A stretch of 64,000 bases of DNA from an uncultured Verrucomicrobiae bacterium (lineage in GTDB: Bacteria > Verrucomicrobiota > Verrucomicrobiia > Chthoniobacterales > UBA10450), in contig CAWFGO010000001.1 in NCBI GenBank assembly GCA_963815455.1, positions 448,001 to 512,000 of the forward strand. Direction: 5' to 3'. Both the position numbers and the translations under genes were made by a program. Each line of letters begins with the position of its first letter. Positions within the stretch are counted from its first letter, which is position 1. The notes beneath the pieces are model-generated. The model was not told the DNA's origin. It made no database searches and worked only from the letters and a program-made list of their open reading frames with translations. Shown here piece after piece: positions 9,611 through 20,164 of the stretch.

Positions 9611-11146
9611 CTAGACCCAAAGGGTGCGATCGAACGTGCGGTACTGGACCGCTTCGCTCACGTGCTCGGGTGCGATGTCGATCTTTGCGTCGAGATCGGC
9701 GATGGTGCGCGAGACTTTCAAGATCCGGTCGTAAGCGCGGGCGCTGAGATTTAGCTCCGTCATTGCCACCCGGATCAATTCCTGTGCGTCGGCGCTCAGT
9801 TTGCAATTTTGTTTAAGTTGCCGCGCGGCCATGCGCGCGTTGCAGCTGGTCTTTCGATCTTTCTGGAACCGGTCCCGCTGGATTTGCCGTGCCCGATTCA
9901 CCCGCTCGCGAATCACGGCTGAACTCTCCTCGGCCCGTTCGCTGGCCACGTCTCGATATTCCACCGCCGGCACTTCAATGTGAAGATCGATGCGATCGAG
10001 CAGCGGCCCGGAAATGCGTTGCCGATAACGCTGCACCTGCACCGGACCGCAACGGCATTCCCGTTTTAGATTGCCGAAATATCCGCACGGGCATGGATTC
10101 ATCGCCGCGACCAATATGAATTCGCAGGGAAACGTGAGGCTGCCGGCGGCTCGCGAAATGGTGACCTTTCCGTCCTCGATCGGCTGCCGCATTACTTCCA
10201 GGGCCGATCGTTTGAATTCCGGAAGCTCGTCTAGAAAAAGAACTCCGTTATGAGCAAGGCTCACCTCGCCCGGCGCAGGCGTGGCGGACCCGCCGAGCAA
10301 TCCGACATCGGAAATGGTGTGATGAGGCGAACGAAACGGACGCGTCGCCAGGAATGATCTGTCGCCGTGAAGCAATCCGGCCACGCTGTGAATCTTGGTC
10401 GCCTCGATCGCTTCCTCGATCGACATCGGCGGGATGATCGTGGGAATACGTTTTGCCAGCATCGATTTGCCGGAGCCGGGTGGGCCGATCATCAACATGT
10501 TATGACCGCCGGCCACAGCCACTTCGATCGCCCGCTTTACGTGGCCCTGACCTTTCACATCGCTAAAATCGACATCGTAATCTTGATGCGTGGCAAAAAA
10601 TTCGGTCAGATCGCCGCGCGTCGGCAACAACGGAATCTCGCCGCGCACAAATTGAAATGTTTGCCGAAGATTCTGCACGCCGTAGATGTCGATCTTATCG
10701 ACCATGGCGGCTTCGCGCGCGTTTGCTTCCGGAACGAACAAGGCGCGCTTGCCCCGGCGCCGGGCTTCAAGGGCAACGGGAAGAACACCTTTGACAGCGC
10801 GCACACTTCCATCCAATGCCAGTTCGCCTACGAAACTGAAATTCTCGAAAGCGGTTGTGTCGATCTCTTCGCTCACCGCGATCATTCCCAGCGCAATCGG
10901 CAGGTCGAAACTCGGGCCCTCTTTTTTCACGTCGGCGGGGGCGAGGTTTACGGTGGTGCGTCCGCGCGGCCAATGATAACCGCTATTTTGGATGGCCGTG
11001 GTCACGCGGTCCTTGCTTTCCTTCACCGCGGTGTCGGGCAGGCCGACCACCACGATTGCCGGCAGGCCGCCCGCCCCATTGACTTCGATCTCTACCTCGT
11101 AGGCGTCCACCCCGTAAACGGCAGCCGAATAAAATTTTGCCAACAT
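9611..11146 (-). CDS. comM: YifB/ComM family Mg-chelatase-like AAA+ ATPase
   Basis: [19 protein letters not shown]-like [13 protein letters not shown], Walker [36 protein letters not shown]. Start placed at MLAKFYS. Confidence 0.92.
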   Translation of the reverse strand: MLAKFYSAAVYGVDAYEVEIEVNGAGGLPAIVVVGLPDTAVKESKDRVTTAIQNSGYHWPRGRTTVNLAPADVKKEGPSFDLPIALGMIAVSEEIDTTAFENFSFVGELALDGSVRAVKGVLPVALEARRRGKRALFVPEANAREAAMVDKIDIYGVQNLRQTFQFVRGEIPLLPTRGDLTEFFATHQDYDVDFSDVKGQGHVKRAIEVAVAGGHNMLMIGPPGSGKSMLAKRIPTIIPPMSIEEAIEATKIHSVAGLLHGDRSFLATRPFRSPHHTISDVGLLGGSATPAPGEVSLAHNGVLFLDELPEFKRSALEVMRQPIEDGKVTISRAAGSLTFPCEFILVAAMNPCPCGYFGNLKRECRCGPVQVQRYRQRISGPLLDRIDLHIEVPAVEYRDVASERAEESSAVIRERVNRARQIQRDRFQKDRKTSCNARMAARQLKQNCKLSADAQELIRVAMTELNLSARAYDRILKVSRTIADLDAKIDIAPEHVSEAVQYRTFDRTLWV

Positions 11147-11469
11147 CGCGCGAATGAGGTTGTCAAAGAATGGGAGGGAGGAAAAGGGGCAATTAGGGAC
11201 TGACGGACCCAGAGACAGCCTGGCGCGGCCAGAGAATGAAAAATCGACCAAACGCGCGGCAAACAAACCAAATGGATAGCGTCTTACTTGCCGAAGATAG
11301 ATGGGGCCGGAAAAAGATTGAACAAGGCGGGACGGGCCCCTGTCAGAATTGCGAATATTTAACCTTGTTAAATACTTGGTAGATGTTTTTATAGGAGAGA
11401 TTTACGAGATCTCGGCGGGGCAACTCGCCGCGACCTTGTCAGTCCAACCCCCGACTCCCCCCACAATTC

Positions 11470-12339
11470 ATGAAACGAAGTTATATGGCCGCCGAAGATA
11501 GCGATACCGGAATAAAGATTTACCTGCGCGAGATCGGGCAAATCCCGCTCTTGACTCCTGACCAGGAGATCGAGCTCGCCGCTAAAATTAAACGAGGCGA
11601 CCGCGAGGCGCGTGCGCTCATGATCAGGTCGAACCTGCGACTGGTCGTGAAGATTGCGCACGACTACGCCAATCTCGGTCTGCCGCTGCTGGACCTGATC
11701 TCCGAAGGAAACATCGGCTTGATGAAAGCCGTCGAGCGTTTCGATCCGGCCAAGGGCGGTAAGCTCAGCACCTACGCCGCCTGGTGGATCAAACAGTCGA
11801 TCAAGCGCGCTTTGGCCAACCAGAGCAAGACCATCCGTCTGCCTGTTCATCTGGTCGATAAAATTTCCAAGATGCGCCGGGTCTCTTTGCAAATGAGCGA
11901 GGAACTTGGCCGCGAACCGACAGATGACGAGCTCGGCGACGAGATCGGCATCGCTGCCGGAAAAGTCTCCCAGCTCAAAACGGTGTCGATCCGCCCGGCC
12001 TCGCTCGACGCTCCCATCAGCGACGATGATTCGACCGAGTTCGGTGAGATCGTCGGCGACGAGGACGCCCAGACGCCGTTCGAACTTTTGCGCGACAAAA
12101 ACCTGCGCAACGAGGTTGGCGGATTGCTCGACGTTCTGGACGATCGAGAGAAGAAGATCATTTTCCAGCGCTTCGGCCTCGATGGCGGCAAACCAAAGAC
12201 GCTTGAGGAAGTCGGCAAGAAATTCGGCGTGACCCGCGAACGCATTCGTCAGCTGCAAAACATTGCCCTGTCGAAGCTCCGCCGCGCGCTCAGCAAGAAA
12301 GAGCGCCCGGTTGACGTCGAGTTGCCGGTCGAAGCGTAA
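11470..12339 (+). CDS. RNA polymerase sigma-70 factor, RpoD/RpoS-like, lacking region 1.1
   Basis: YLREIG (region 1.2), NLRLVVKIA, DLISEGNIGLMKAVERFD, STYAAWWIKQ, TLEEVG...VTRERIRQ (region 4). Confidence 0.93.
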   Translation: MKRSYMAAEDSDTGIKIYLREIGQIPLLTPDQEIELAAKIKRGDREARALMIRSNLRLVVKIAHDYANLGLPLLDLISEGNIGLMKAVERFDPAKGGKLSTYAAWWIKQSIKRALANQSKTIRLPVHLVDKISKMRRVSLQMSEELGREPTDDELGDEIGIAAGKVSQLKTVSIRPASLDAPISDDDSTEFGEIVGDEDAQTPFELLRDKNLRNEVGGLLDVLDDREKKIIFQRFGLDGGKPKTLEEVGKKFGVTRERIRQLQNIALSKLRRALSKKERPVDVELPVEA

Positions 12340-12341
12340 GC
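12303..12341 (+). repeat. Left copy of a 39-bp direct repeat (3' end of the sigma gene); att-like island boundary
   Basis: gcgcccggttgacgtcgagttgccggtcgaagcgtaagc matches 20864-20902 at 38/39 positions. Confidence 0.9.
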
Positions 12342-12350
12342 AGACTTCAA

Positions 12351-12409
12351 TGTGGGAGCAGCCTTAGTGCTGCGATCATCGATCATCGGGGCACTGAGGC
12401 CCCTCCTAC
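12351..12409. repeat. REP doublet (inverted palindromic pair)
   Basis: tgtgggagcagccttagtgc...gcactgaggcccctcctac imperfect inverted repeat with GTGG/GTAG ends. Confidence 0.65.
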
Positions 12410-12411
12410 TT

Positions 12412-12510
12412 TCATTTTGCCACGCGCAGCTGCACGCAATCGACCAGCGTCGCGCCCCATTGAATATCGGTGACGATCACCAGTAATTTCGACCGGTGAG
12501 GTGTCAGCCG
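12412..12510 (-). pseudogene. Diverged relic of the pyruvate kinase 3' end
   Basis: Translates to ...KLLVIVTDIQWGATLVDCVQLRVAK* versus pyk ...RLVVISDIQWGRTLVDCVQLRIAK*; 27-bp exact match 12425-12451 = 21073-21099. Confidence 0.85.
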
Positions 12511-12596
12511 GCGAAGAAGAAATCCCCCAAGCGAAAATTGTTGTTGACTTCCCTCGACCTGTTTCAGACAAACGCCGCCTAACGTGCAATCGCCAA

Positions 12597-12706
12597 TTCA
12601 GAGCTTCAGAGCTTCAGAGCTTCAGAGCTTCAGAGCTTCAGCTTCAGAGCTTCAGAGCTTCAGAGCTTCAGAGCTTCAGAGCTTCAGAGCTTCAGAGCTT
12701 CAGAGC
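12597..12706 (+). repeat. 8-bp tandem repeat (TTCAGAGC) x13 plus one 6-bp variant unit
   Basis: 5 perfect units, then TTCAGC (12637-12642), then 8 perfect units. Confidence 0.97.
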
Positions 12707-12871
12707 TCTCGGCACTCGCGCGAGTAAAGGCAAGCCTTCTTCCCAGCCCAGCTTTGGCAGCGCGACTCACAATTCGCCGAGCAACCTTGCTCGCCGCCAC
12801 TCCCCTCTCGAACCGCGCGACAGCGGACCGCTTCACAGAAAATTCACTCCACAACAAACCCAACTACACCG

Positions 12872-15178
12872 ATGAAAAAGACATCATTTAGCCTGCTATT
12901 TGGAATTCTGGTTGTCATCACAGCATCATTGTTATTGCGACCGCCAGTGTCAGTTGCCCAAAGCGTCCCTGAAGGTGTAACCAACGGGAACGACCCCGAT
13001 CGCATCACACCGTGCGATGAAATGGTGGGTGGAAACGGCCCGGGGTGCAACTGTGGTGGCGGGGGAAGTCCCGGGATGGCGCGCTACAGCGCGCACGCGA
13101 TGGATGTCAGCCTGAATATCGTGGATACGCCCCTGTTTTACACACCGCCTCGGGGGCCCGCGGTGAGTGTCACTGTGACATACAATCAACGGGACATGAG
13201 CCAACCATCAACGTTCACTTTTTCGAATTTGGGTCCGAAATGGACATTGAATTGGCTATCGTATCTGGAAGATACGCCTGGGACAACGGACAACATCAAG
13301 CTCTACGCTCAAGGCGGCGGGATGGAGACGTACACGTACGACTTCGCCGCTCAAAATTGGGTGCTTGTAAGCGGCGGCGGGTATAGCCACGCGTATATAG
13401 AAAGACTGACATCCGATCCCAACAAGTACAAGCGCCATTTGCCCGATGGATCAGAGGAGACGTTTGGGTATTATGTTGGGACAACGCCCGGCCGCAGAGT
13501 GTTTTTGACCAAGCTCGCCGATCCGGTTGATCATTCACTCACTTTTACCTACGCGAATTCCAACCTGACATCAGTGACTGACGACATCGGGCGGGTCACG
13601 ATTCTTCACTACGACGATCCAAGCGATAGCCATCGCCTAACGCGTATTGACGACCCATTCACGCCACATCGCTCCGCCACATTCGAGTATTACCCGGATG
13701 GGCACTTAAAGAAGATCACCGACATGGGTGGATTGACCTCGGAATTCACATATGGAACCACCCCTGAAAAGGTTGATTTTATCACTTCGCTGACGACGCC
13801 TTATGGCACGAGCAACTTTGATTTTGGTGAAAACACCGATCCGCAGGTGCAACAACGGTGGTTGGAGATGACCGATCCAAATATGGGAAAGGAGCGCGTG
13901 GAGTTTCGGCACAACGCACCGATCGATGACAGCGAAGAAGATTCTGGAACCCTGCCTGAGAATCTAACGATTACCAACCAGTATCTGAAGCATCGCAACA
14001 CATTCTACTGGAGCAAAAAGGCGATGGCCGTCGCTCCGGGCGATTACACGCAGGCGAAAATCACCCACTGGCTCCACACTACCGACAACAGGGCCTCCGG
14101 CATGAAAGAGAGCGAGAAGGCGCCAAATGAGAACCGGATTTGGTACACTTATGTTGGCCAATCCGCCACATACACAGTCGGCACGGAAAGCTATCCGCAG
14201 GTCGTGGCCCGCAGGTTGGAAACTGGTGTAGCCAATACGACGCAGCGGTACCAATATGTCTACAACAGCAAGGGAAATATCACCCAGCTGACAGATCCAT
14301 CAGGTCGCGTTACGAAGTACCGATACAAGGACAATGGCATTGATCTAGAAAGGGTGCTCCAGGTAAATGCGAGTGGGAATGACGACCTGCTGTCGGAATA
14401 CAATTACGAAGGCGCGCCGTCTCACATGCCGGCCTGGTACAAGGATGCCGCGGGCAAGCAAACAACATACGACTACTATCCTAGCCAGCGGCAACTGAAG
14501 ACCATCACGAATCCGAAGGGCGAGGCAACGAGATTCACATACGATCAAAACGACCGGTACTTAAAGACCATCACGGGCGATAATGGCACTGTGTTAAGCG
14601 CGCCGGTCGATTTCACCTACGACGCCTACGGTCGCGTACAAACGGTTACCGGCCCTCCCGACTCGAACAATGCGAGATACAATACGACCATCGAGTACAC
14701 CGACCTCAACCAAATCCGAAAGATCACTTACCCGGATAATACTTACGAGGAAATCACCTATAATCGGCTCGATCCGGAATGGGTTCGGGATCGCGCGGGA
14801 CGTATGACGCACAACACATTCGACGCCCTCCAGCATCTCCGATTCGTGGAGGACCCCGAACATCGAATTACCGAATATGTCTGGTGCAATTGCGGGCTCC
14901 TCGATTCGATTGTCGATGCGAACCATAACACAACCAGCTTTGATTATGATGGGCAGAGCCGGATGACCAAAAAGACGTACGCCAACAACTTGTTCGACCT
15001 CTACATTTATGAGGACGCAACCAACCGACTAAAATCGATGACCGATGCGCGGAATCAGTCGACAAATTACCGGTATTACGTGGACGACAACCTGAAGCAG
15101 GTCAGCTACTCCAATGCGCAAATGCCCACACCAACGGTGAATTATATCTACGACCCCAAATACAACCGGATCACCTAG
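12872..15178 (+). CDS. RHS/YD-repeat protein, N-terminal part with Sec signal peptide (in-frame TAG separates it from 15191-17311)
   Basis: MKKTSFSLLFGILVVITASLLL signal; many YD repeats (YNSKGNITQLTDPSGRVT, YDAYGRVQTVT, YDGQSRMTKKT). Confidence 0.85.
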   Translation: MKKTSFSLLFGILVVITASLLLRPPVSVAQSVPEGVTNGNDPDRITPCDEMVGGNGPGCNCGGGGSPGMARYSAHAMDVSLNIVDTPLFYTPPRGPAVSVTVTYNQRDMSQPSTFTFSNLGPKWTLNWLSYLEDTPGTTDNIKLYAQGGGMETYTYDFAAQNWVLVSGGGYSHAYIERLTSDPNKYKRHLPDGSEETFGYYVGTTPGRRVFLTKLADPVDHSLTFTYANSNLTSVTDDIGRVTILHYDDPSDSHRLTRIDDPFTPHRSATFEYYPDGHLKKITDMGGLTSEFTYGTTPEKVDFITSLTTPYGTSNFDFGENTDPQVQQRWLEMTDPNMGKERVEFRHNAPIDDSEEDSGTLPENLTITNQYLKHRNTFYWSKKAMAVAPGDYTQAKITHWLHTTDNRASGMKESEKAPNENRIWYTYVGQSATYTVGTESYPQVVARRLETGVANTTQRYQYVYNSKGNITQLTDPSGRVTKYRYKDNGIDLERVLQVNASGNDDLLSEYNYEGAPSHMPAWYKDAAGKQTTYDYYPSQRQLKTITNPKGEATRFTYDQNDRYLKTITGDNGTVLSAPVDFTYDAYGRVQTVTGPPDSNNARYNTTIEYTDLNQIRKITYPDNTYEEITYNRLDPEWVRDRAGRMTHNTFDALQHLRFVEDPEHRITEYVWCNCGLLDSIVDANHNTTSFDYDGQSRMTKKTYANNLFDLYIYEDATNRLKSMTDARNQSTNYRYYVDDNLKQVSYSNAQMPTPTVNYIYDPKYNRIT

Positions 15179-15190
15179 GGCGCCACCAGA

Positions 15191-17311
15191 TTGAAAACCG
15201 TGGGCGGAATCTGGGGGGGCGACACGATCACCTACGGTTATGACATGTTGGGGCAATTGAACAGTCAGTCGATTAACGGAATTAGTTCCTCGATTACGTT
15301 CGATGGCCTCGGCCGAGTGGATTCCTCTACCAATCCCCTGGGGTCGTTCACCCGCCTTTACGATGGCAAAACCCCACGGCTTAAGACGCTCGTTTATCCG
15401 ACCGCGACCGGCCTCACCGCGAATTACACCTATGCATCATATCCGGCCGATCCGAGGCTCCAGATTTTGGAGAATAAGAAATCACCCGATACCACCCTTT
15501 CTTTGTTTAACTACACGTATTACGCAGACGGCCAGATCGCGACTTTGATCAAGAATCTGGGCGGCTCCATTAACAACATATCGTTGGAATACGACGACTC
15601 GCAATGGCTGACTTCGGCCCTTCAGGACGATCACGAATTTTACTATGGGTACGACGACGCTGGAAACCGGCTGTCAGAGAGCATGTACTTCGCTGGCCAT
15701 AATCACGCTCATGAAAAGACGACGGCGTTCACGGCGAACATTCTTAATCAGCTCGATAGCGTGAAAGTGTTCTTTGGTTTAGGGCAATGGTCCCAACCTC
15801 TCCCACTCGTCTACGACGCCAACGGGAATTTGACTAATGATGGTGGGAAAACATATGAATGGGACGCCGCCAACCGACTCACCAGGATTGATTACACCGA
15901 CACCGGCTTTCGCACGGAATTTGCTTATGATGGGCTGGGGCGACGCGTGAGAATTATCGAATACGGTCCGGCCATGGTTGCCGATATTCAGCCAAAAGAC
16001 GGGGGATACACAGAGTTTACCACCGATCCCATTGATCTATCCGATGGCGAATACACCATCAAGATTGAGGGATTGAATCCCGACGGCGGCGAGAACACGG
16101 CGCTGATCGACTCAATAGCGCTCAACGGTTCACTGGTGGAGAATGGCGGGTTCGAGACGCCGGAGGTGACCGACTACGAAGTCGCGCCGGAAGAGAGCGG
16201 TTGGACTTGGACCGGCAGCGCCGGGATCGCGACCGACGGCGGCTTCATCGGCGACGGCCCGTCCGCGCCGGAAGGCAGGCAGGCGGCCTTTGTCACTAAC
16301 GATGGTTCGCTCTCGCAATCGGGAAGCGTCGAGCCCGGTTCTTACACGCTGAGTTTTCAAGCTGCGCAGCGGGCCAACGAAAACAAAAGCGCTCAGACCT
16401 TGCGAGTAACGGTCCGCTCCGTCAACAGCAATAAGACTTTCCTGTGGTCCGGCAACACCATCGCTGAGGAACGCAACAGCGCGGGTGCCACAGTAACGAA
16501 GCGCTTCTTCGCCGAAGGCCAGGCCAGCGTAAACGGGGCCACTACCACGAAATTCTTTTACACCCGCGATCATTTGGGCAGCATCCGCGAGGTGACCGAT
16601 TCAACCGGCACTGTTGTAGCGCGATACGACTACGACGCTTGGGGCAAGCAAGTGGCCACGTTGGGCTTGGTCACCGCATCCGATTTCGGTTACACCGGCC
16701 ACTATCTCCACGGGCCGAGCGGAATGAATTTGACGCGCACGCGGGAGTATAACCCCGTTCTCGCGCGGTGGATGAGCAGAGATCCGATACCAAGCCCGGA
16801 GTTAAAACAGGGCCCAAATCTGTACGGCTATGTGGCCAATGATCCAACAAGTAGCATTGATCCTCTCGGGTTGCTCTCGTATTTGATCACATTGGGTCCC
16901 GATGCGAAAGGAATTCCTCACACGGCGGTTTGGATCGTAGATTCCCGAGGAAGTACTTTCTACAGCTTTGATAGCGCGGGCCTTCATCGATACAATAATC
17001 CATCGTCGTTCCTGGTCGAGGAGGTAACTTTGCACAAGTTCGGGTATGTTGACCTACTTGATCCTTCTCGCGTGGACGATGAGGCTCTGCGAAGTTATTA
17101 CGATCGCCTAATCGAGCAAGATGTTATCTATCTGCGAAATGGAGTTTGTAATAGTCAAGCGAGAGACGCCATAGAATTTGCATCGCAGAGGGCGGATGCG
17201 CCGTATCAACCAACGGATTCTGCTTTTACGCCAGGGTTTCTTCGCATTGATCTCATCAGACAAGACTTTATTGATCCCAATAGAGGATTGCTTCTTGGGA
17301 AACGTCCATGA
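15191..17311 (+). CDS. RHS protein C-terminal part: YD repeats, inserted beta-sandwich, RHS core and toxin tip
   Basis: Same frame as 12872. YTRDHLGSIREVTD...YDYDAWG...FGYTGH...RWMSRDPI...NLYGYVANDP..DPLGL core, followed by a ~145 aa variable tip. Confidence 0.88.
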   Translation: MKTVGGIWGGDTITYGYDMLGQLNSQSINGISSSITFDGLGRVDSSTNPLGSFTRLYDGKTPRLKTLVYPTATGLTANYTYASYPADPRLQILENKKSPDTTLSLFNYTYYADGQIATLIKNLGGSINNISLEYDDSQWLTSALQDDHEFYYGYDDAGNRLSESMYFAGHNHAHEKTTAFTANILNQLDSVKVFFGLGQWSQPLPLVYDANGNLTNDGGKTYEWDAANRLTRIDYTDTGFRTEFAYDGLGRRVRIIEYGPAMVADIQPKDGGYTEFTTDPIDLSDGEYTIKIEGLNPDGGENTALIDSIALNGSLVENGGFETPEVTDYEVAPEESGWTWTGSAGIATDGGFIGDGPSAPEGRQAAFVTNDGSLSQSGSVEPGSYTLSFQAAQRANENKSAQTLRVTVRSVNSNKTFLWSGNTIAEERNSAGATVTKRFFAEGQASVNGATTTKFFYTRDHLGSIREVTDSTGTVVARYDYDAWGKQVATLGLVTASDFGYTGHYLHGPSGMNLTRTREYNPVLARWMSRDPIPSPELKQGPNLYGYVANDPTSSIDPLGLLSYLITLGPDAKGIPHTAVWIVDSRGSTFYSFDSAGLHRYNNPSSFLVEEVTLHKFGYVDLLDPSRVDDEALRSYYDRLIEQDVIYLRNGVCNSQARDAIEFASQRADAPYQPTDSAFTPGFLRIDLIRQDFIDPNRGLLLGKRP

Positions 17312-18180
17312 GAAAATGTGCGTGCTTTTTCGTCGCCATCGCCACTGGCGTCCTCAGCTTTGCCTCTCAGGCAGAGGTGCCAGGAGGAGTGACAGTAAAC
17401 AAAGACAGCCAGATCCGGCTGTCTCCGCAAATCGTACGTTTGTTGAACGTCCAAACACGCAGCCCGGACCGGGAGAAGTACATTGCGCAATACATCGATG
17501 CGCTCAACAGCGGAAATGATGCTGAACGCATTTGGGGCGTTATCGCGCTCGGGAATTTTCAAGCGGACTCGGCCATAAAAGCGCTGATTCGGCAAGCGCA
17601 GGTAGAGAAATCGAGTATAGTAATCGATCAACTATTTGATGAGCTTAACGGGATCTTTGAATTATTTGGTTTCCCACCATTGGAAGCAGCGACGGATGTT
17701 TCAGCTTCCATTCGCCAAGCGCGTATCCAGGAATTAGTCAAGGCGTACGAGAAGTTTGGCTATTTAAGTTTGTTCAAGCGTGGTTGGAACATGGCTCTAA
17801 AACGCGGTCCCGTTGGAGTTCAGCATTTCGTCTCGCAAGCAACAGCTCGCTATGATCCACGATTAACGCCATTCCTTCTCGACATACTGGATTCGCGTGA
17901 TGTGTCCGGAGCTAGAGATCAAATTGAAACTGCAGTTTTGTGTTGGTCCGGGTATGACTTGCGATTCGAAAAATCGTTGGATGTGAGAAAATCGCTCATG
18001 ACGCCCGATAACTTATCCAATGATAGAATTTGTGAACGATACCGTAAGTACTTTGAACGAATGGGCTATCATTCGGCTTCCGCCAGAGACGTTGCCCTCG
18101 CAGTTTTGTTCGGAGAAACCGACAAGAAAGCAGCTTACCGTCGTGAAATGGCTCTTCGTATGCTATTTTGCAGCCCTTGA
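17308..18180 (+). CDS. Exported helical/HEAT-like protein; candidate immunity protein for the first RHS tip
   Basis: ATGA overlap with the RHS stop; signal peptide; HEAT-like RIWGVIALGNFQADSAIKALI; AT-richer composition. Confidence 0.6.
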   Translation: MRKCACFFVAIATGVLSFASQAEVPGGVTVNKDSQIRLSPQIVRLLNVQTRSPDREKYIAQYIDALNSGNDAERIWGVIALGNFQADSAIKALIRQAQVEKSSIVIDQLFDELNGIFELFGFPPLEAATDVSASIRQARIQELVKAYEKFGYLSLFKRGWNMALKRGPVGVQHFVSQATARYDPRLTPFLLDILDSRDVSGARDQIETAVLCWSGYDLRFEKSLDVRKSLMTPDNLSNDRICERYRKYFERMGYHSASARDVALAVLFGETDKKAAYRREMALRMLFCSP

Positions 18181-18221
18181 TTTGTTTGCATAACAAGTAA
18201 TGGGACGCCGCCAACCGCCTG

Positions 18222-19641
18222 GTGGCCATCAACTACACCGCCACCGGCAATCGCACGGAATTTGCTTATGATGGACTGGGGCGACGCGTGAGAATCATTG
18301 AATACGGGTCGGCGATGGCAGCGGACATTGAGCCAAAAGATGGCGGGTTCACTGAATTTACGACCGATGCGATTGATCTGCCGGACGGCAACTACAAGAT
18401 TACGTTCGAAGGAGTTAACCCGAGTGGGGGCGAGAACACTGCGCTGATCGATCTGGTGGCGCTTAATGGCCAAATGGTCGAGAACGGTGGGTTTGAGACG
18501 CCGGAGGTGGAAGGGGACGAGCAGGCGCCCGAAGAGAGCGGTTGGAGCTGGACCGGCAGCGCCGGGATTTCTGGCACGGGCAGCGCGCTCATCGGTGACG
18601 GCCCGAGTGCTCCGCAAGGCAGTCAAACAGCGTTTATCACCAACAACGGTTCAGTTTCGCAAATGGGGTCTGTCGATCCGGGCACGTACACCTTGAGTTT
18701 TCAGGCAACGCAGGCGAGCGGAAATAAGAACACTCAAGTCGTGCGGGGGACAGTACAGGCAGCGGTAACCAAGACTTTCCTGTGGTCCGGCAACACCATC
18801 GCCGAGGAACGCGACAGCACCGGTGCGATAGTCAAGAAACGCTTTTTCGCCGAAGGCCAGGTGAATTACCCAACGCCATCGAATCCGGTGAAATTCTTTT
18901 ACACCCGCGACCATCTGGGGAGCATCCGCGAGGTGACCGATTCAACCGGCGCCGTCGTAGCCCGATACGATTATGATGCTTGGGGCAAGCAAGTGGCCAC
19001 GCTTGGCAACATCACGTCGTCCGATTTCGGTTACACCGGTCACTATGTCCACGGCCCGAGCGAAATGAATCTGACCCGGACGCGGGAATACAATCCAACG
19101 CTCGCCAGATGGATGAGTCGCGATCCGATCGGAGAAGGGGGAGCGGCAAACCTCTATCGATATGTCTCAAATGATCCTGTCGACCTTTGGGACCCGCTCG
19201 GGTTGAAGGATATTCTTATTGGCATTGCGCCGCGGTGGTTTACGCCAGGCCAGCTCGCGGAATATAACCGTGTATATCACGATGCGCTCACTGTTGACGC
19301 CAACGCCGCCGAAAACAACGGCAATGCTGTCGCGATTCTCTCAGCCATAGACGACTTCAAGAAAAATAATCCGCTGAGCGGGGACACCGTCGACATTGGG
19401 TTGATAACGTCGAAAGCCGACTTGGCATCGCGTTGCAAAAAGTACGACGAGATCATTCTTTTCGCTCACGGAAACACCGCTGGCCCAGTGCAAGGCGTCG
19501 CGCTGGGTTATGATCGGATCCCGACGAGTGAGCTTCCAGGAAACTGTTACTCCGTTCGGATGCACGATTGGTCACCCGCAATTCTTAGGAGACGTCATTG
19601 ATCAGATGCTCCAGCATCTCCGCAAGGACTTACGAAAATGA
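18222..19641 (+). CDS. Orphan RHS core plus alternative toxin tip (probable one-base frameshift near 19547)
   Basis: Homologous to 15858-16873 from 18199 onward; DPLGL at 19191-19205. Removing one base extends the tip to ...PFGCTIGH...DLRK* ending at 19641 in an ATGA overlap with the next gene. Confidence 0.75.
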
Positions 19642-20147
19642 AATTGTCGATCTTGATCATGTCTAGCGCACTTGTGATGGCGAGCAGCCTGATCGGTGAA
19701 CAAGAGAGTCCAAGTATCAAGGCTCCGCTGAATCAGGCTTTAGCGGAAACCCCCCGCGCAGCGAGCATTTCCCTTACACGAACAGGTCCAGCGGTGGACG
19801 GGGGCTCCGTTCTTAATGAGATTCGATTCTCTGATGGTCGCGTATATGTATTGAGCCTTGATTTTCCGTTCGACCTGATGAGCGACAAGCTTCTTCACTC
19901 GGAGCTCCACTTTACGATTTTCGCTCCCGGCAACAAAGCTTCCCACATCGAAACAATCGAGCACAACAGCGCCGCAGAGCGGCGGCTCATTAGGCTGCTT
20001 GAATCCTTGGTCGCTACAACCGTGAATCCGCATGAAAAGAAGAATGCATCCTCTCTCGTTACATTCTTGAGAGATCGACATCAGGCATTTCCGAGAGCAC
20101 GCGGAGGCAGCTGGGATATCACGCCTTGGTCCAGCCCGACCAAGTGA
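19638..20147 (+). CDS. Exported protein; candidate immunity protein for the second RHS tip
   Basis: Signal peptide MKLSILIMSSALVMASSLIG; directly coupled to the orphan toxin. Confidence 0.6.
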   Translation: MKLSILIMSSALVMASSLIGEQESPSIKAPLNQALAETPRAASISLTRTGPAVDGGSVLNEIRFSDGRVYVLSLDFPFDLMSDKLLHSELHFTIFAPGNKASHIETIEHNSAAERRLIRLLESLVATTVNPHEKKNASSLVTFLRDRHQAFPRARGGSWDITPWSSPTK

Positions 20148-20164
20148 AGCCAAATATACCATGT

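Noticed and set aside
11389..12258. 289-aa antisense ORF opposite the sigma factor (and similar ones opposite mutS, pyk, comM, kdpB)
   Set aside because: Shadow ORFs from GC-rich codon bias; no motifs.
12597..12706. Possible CRISPR array
   Set aside because: Pure 8-bp tandem repeat with no spacers and no cas genes in the window.
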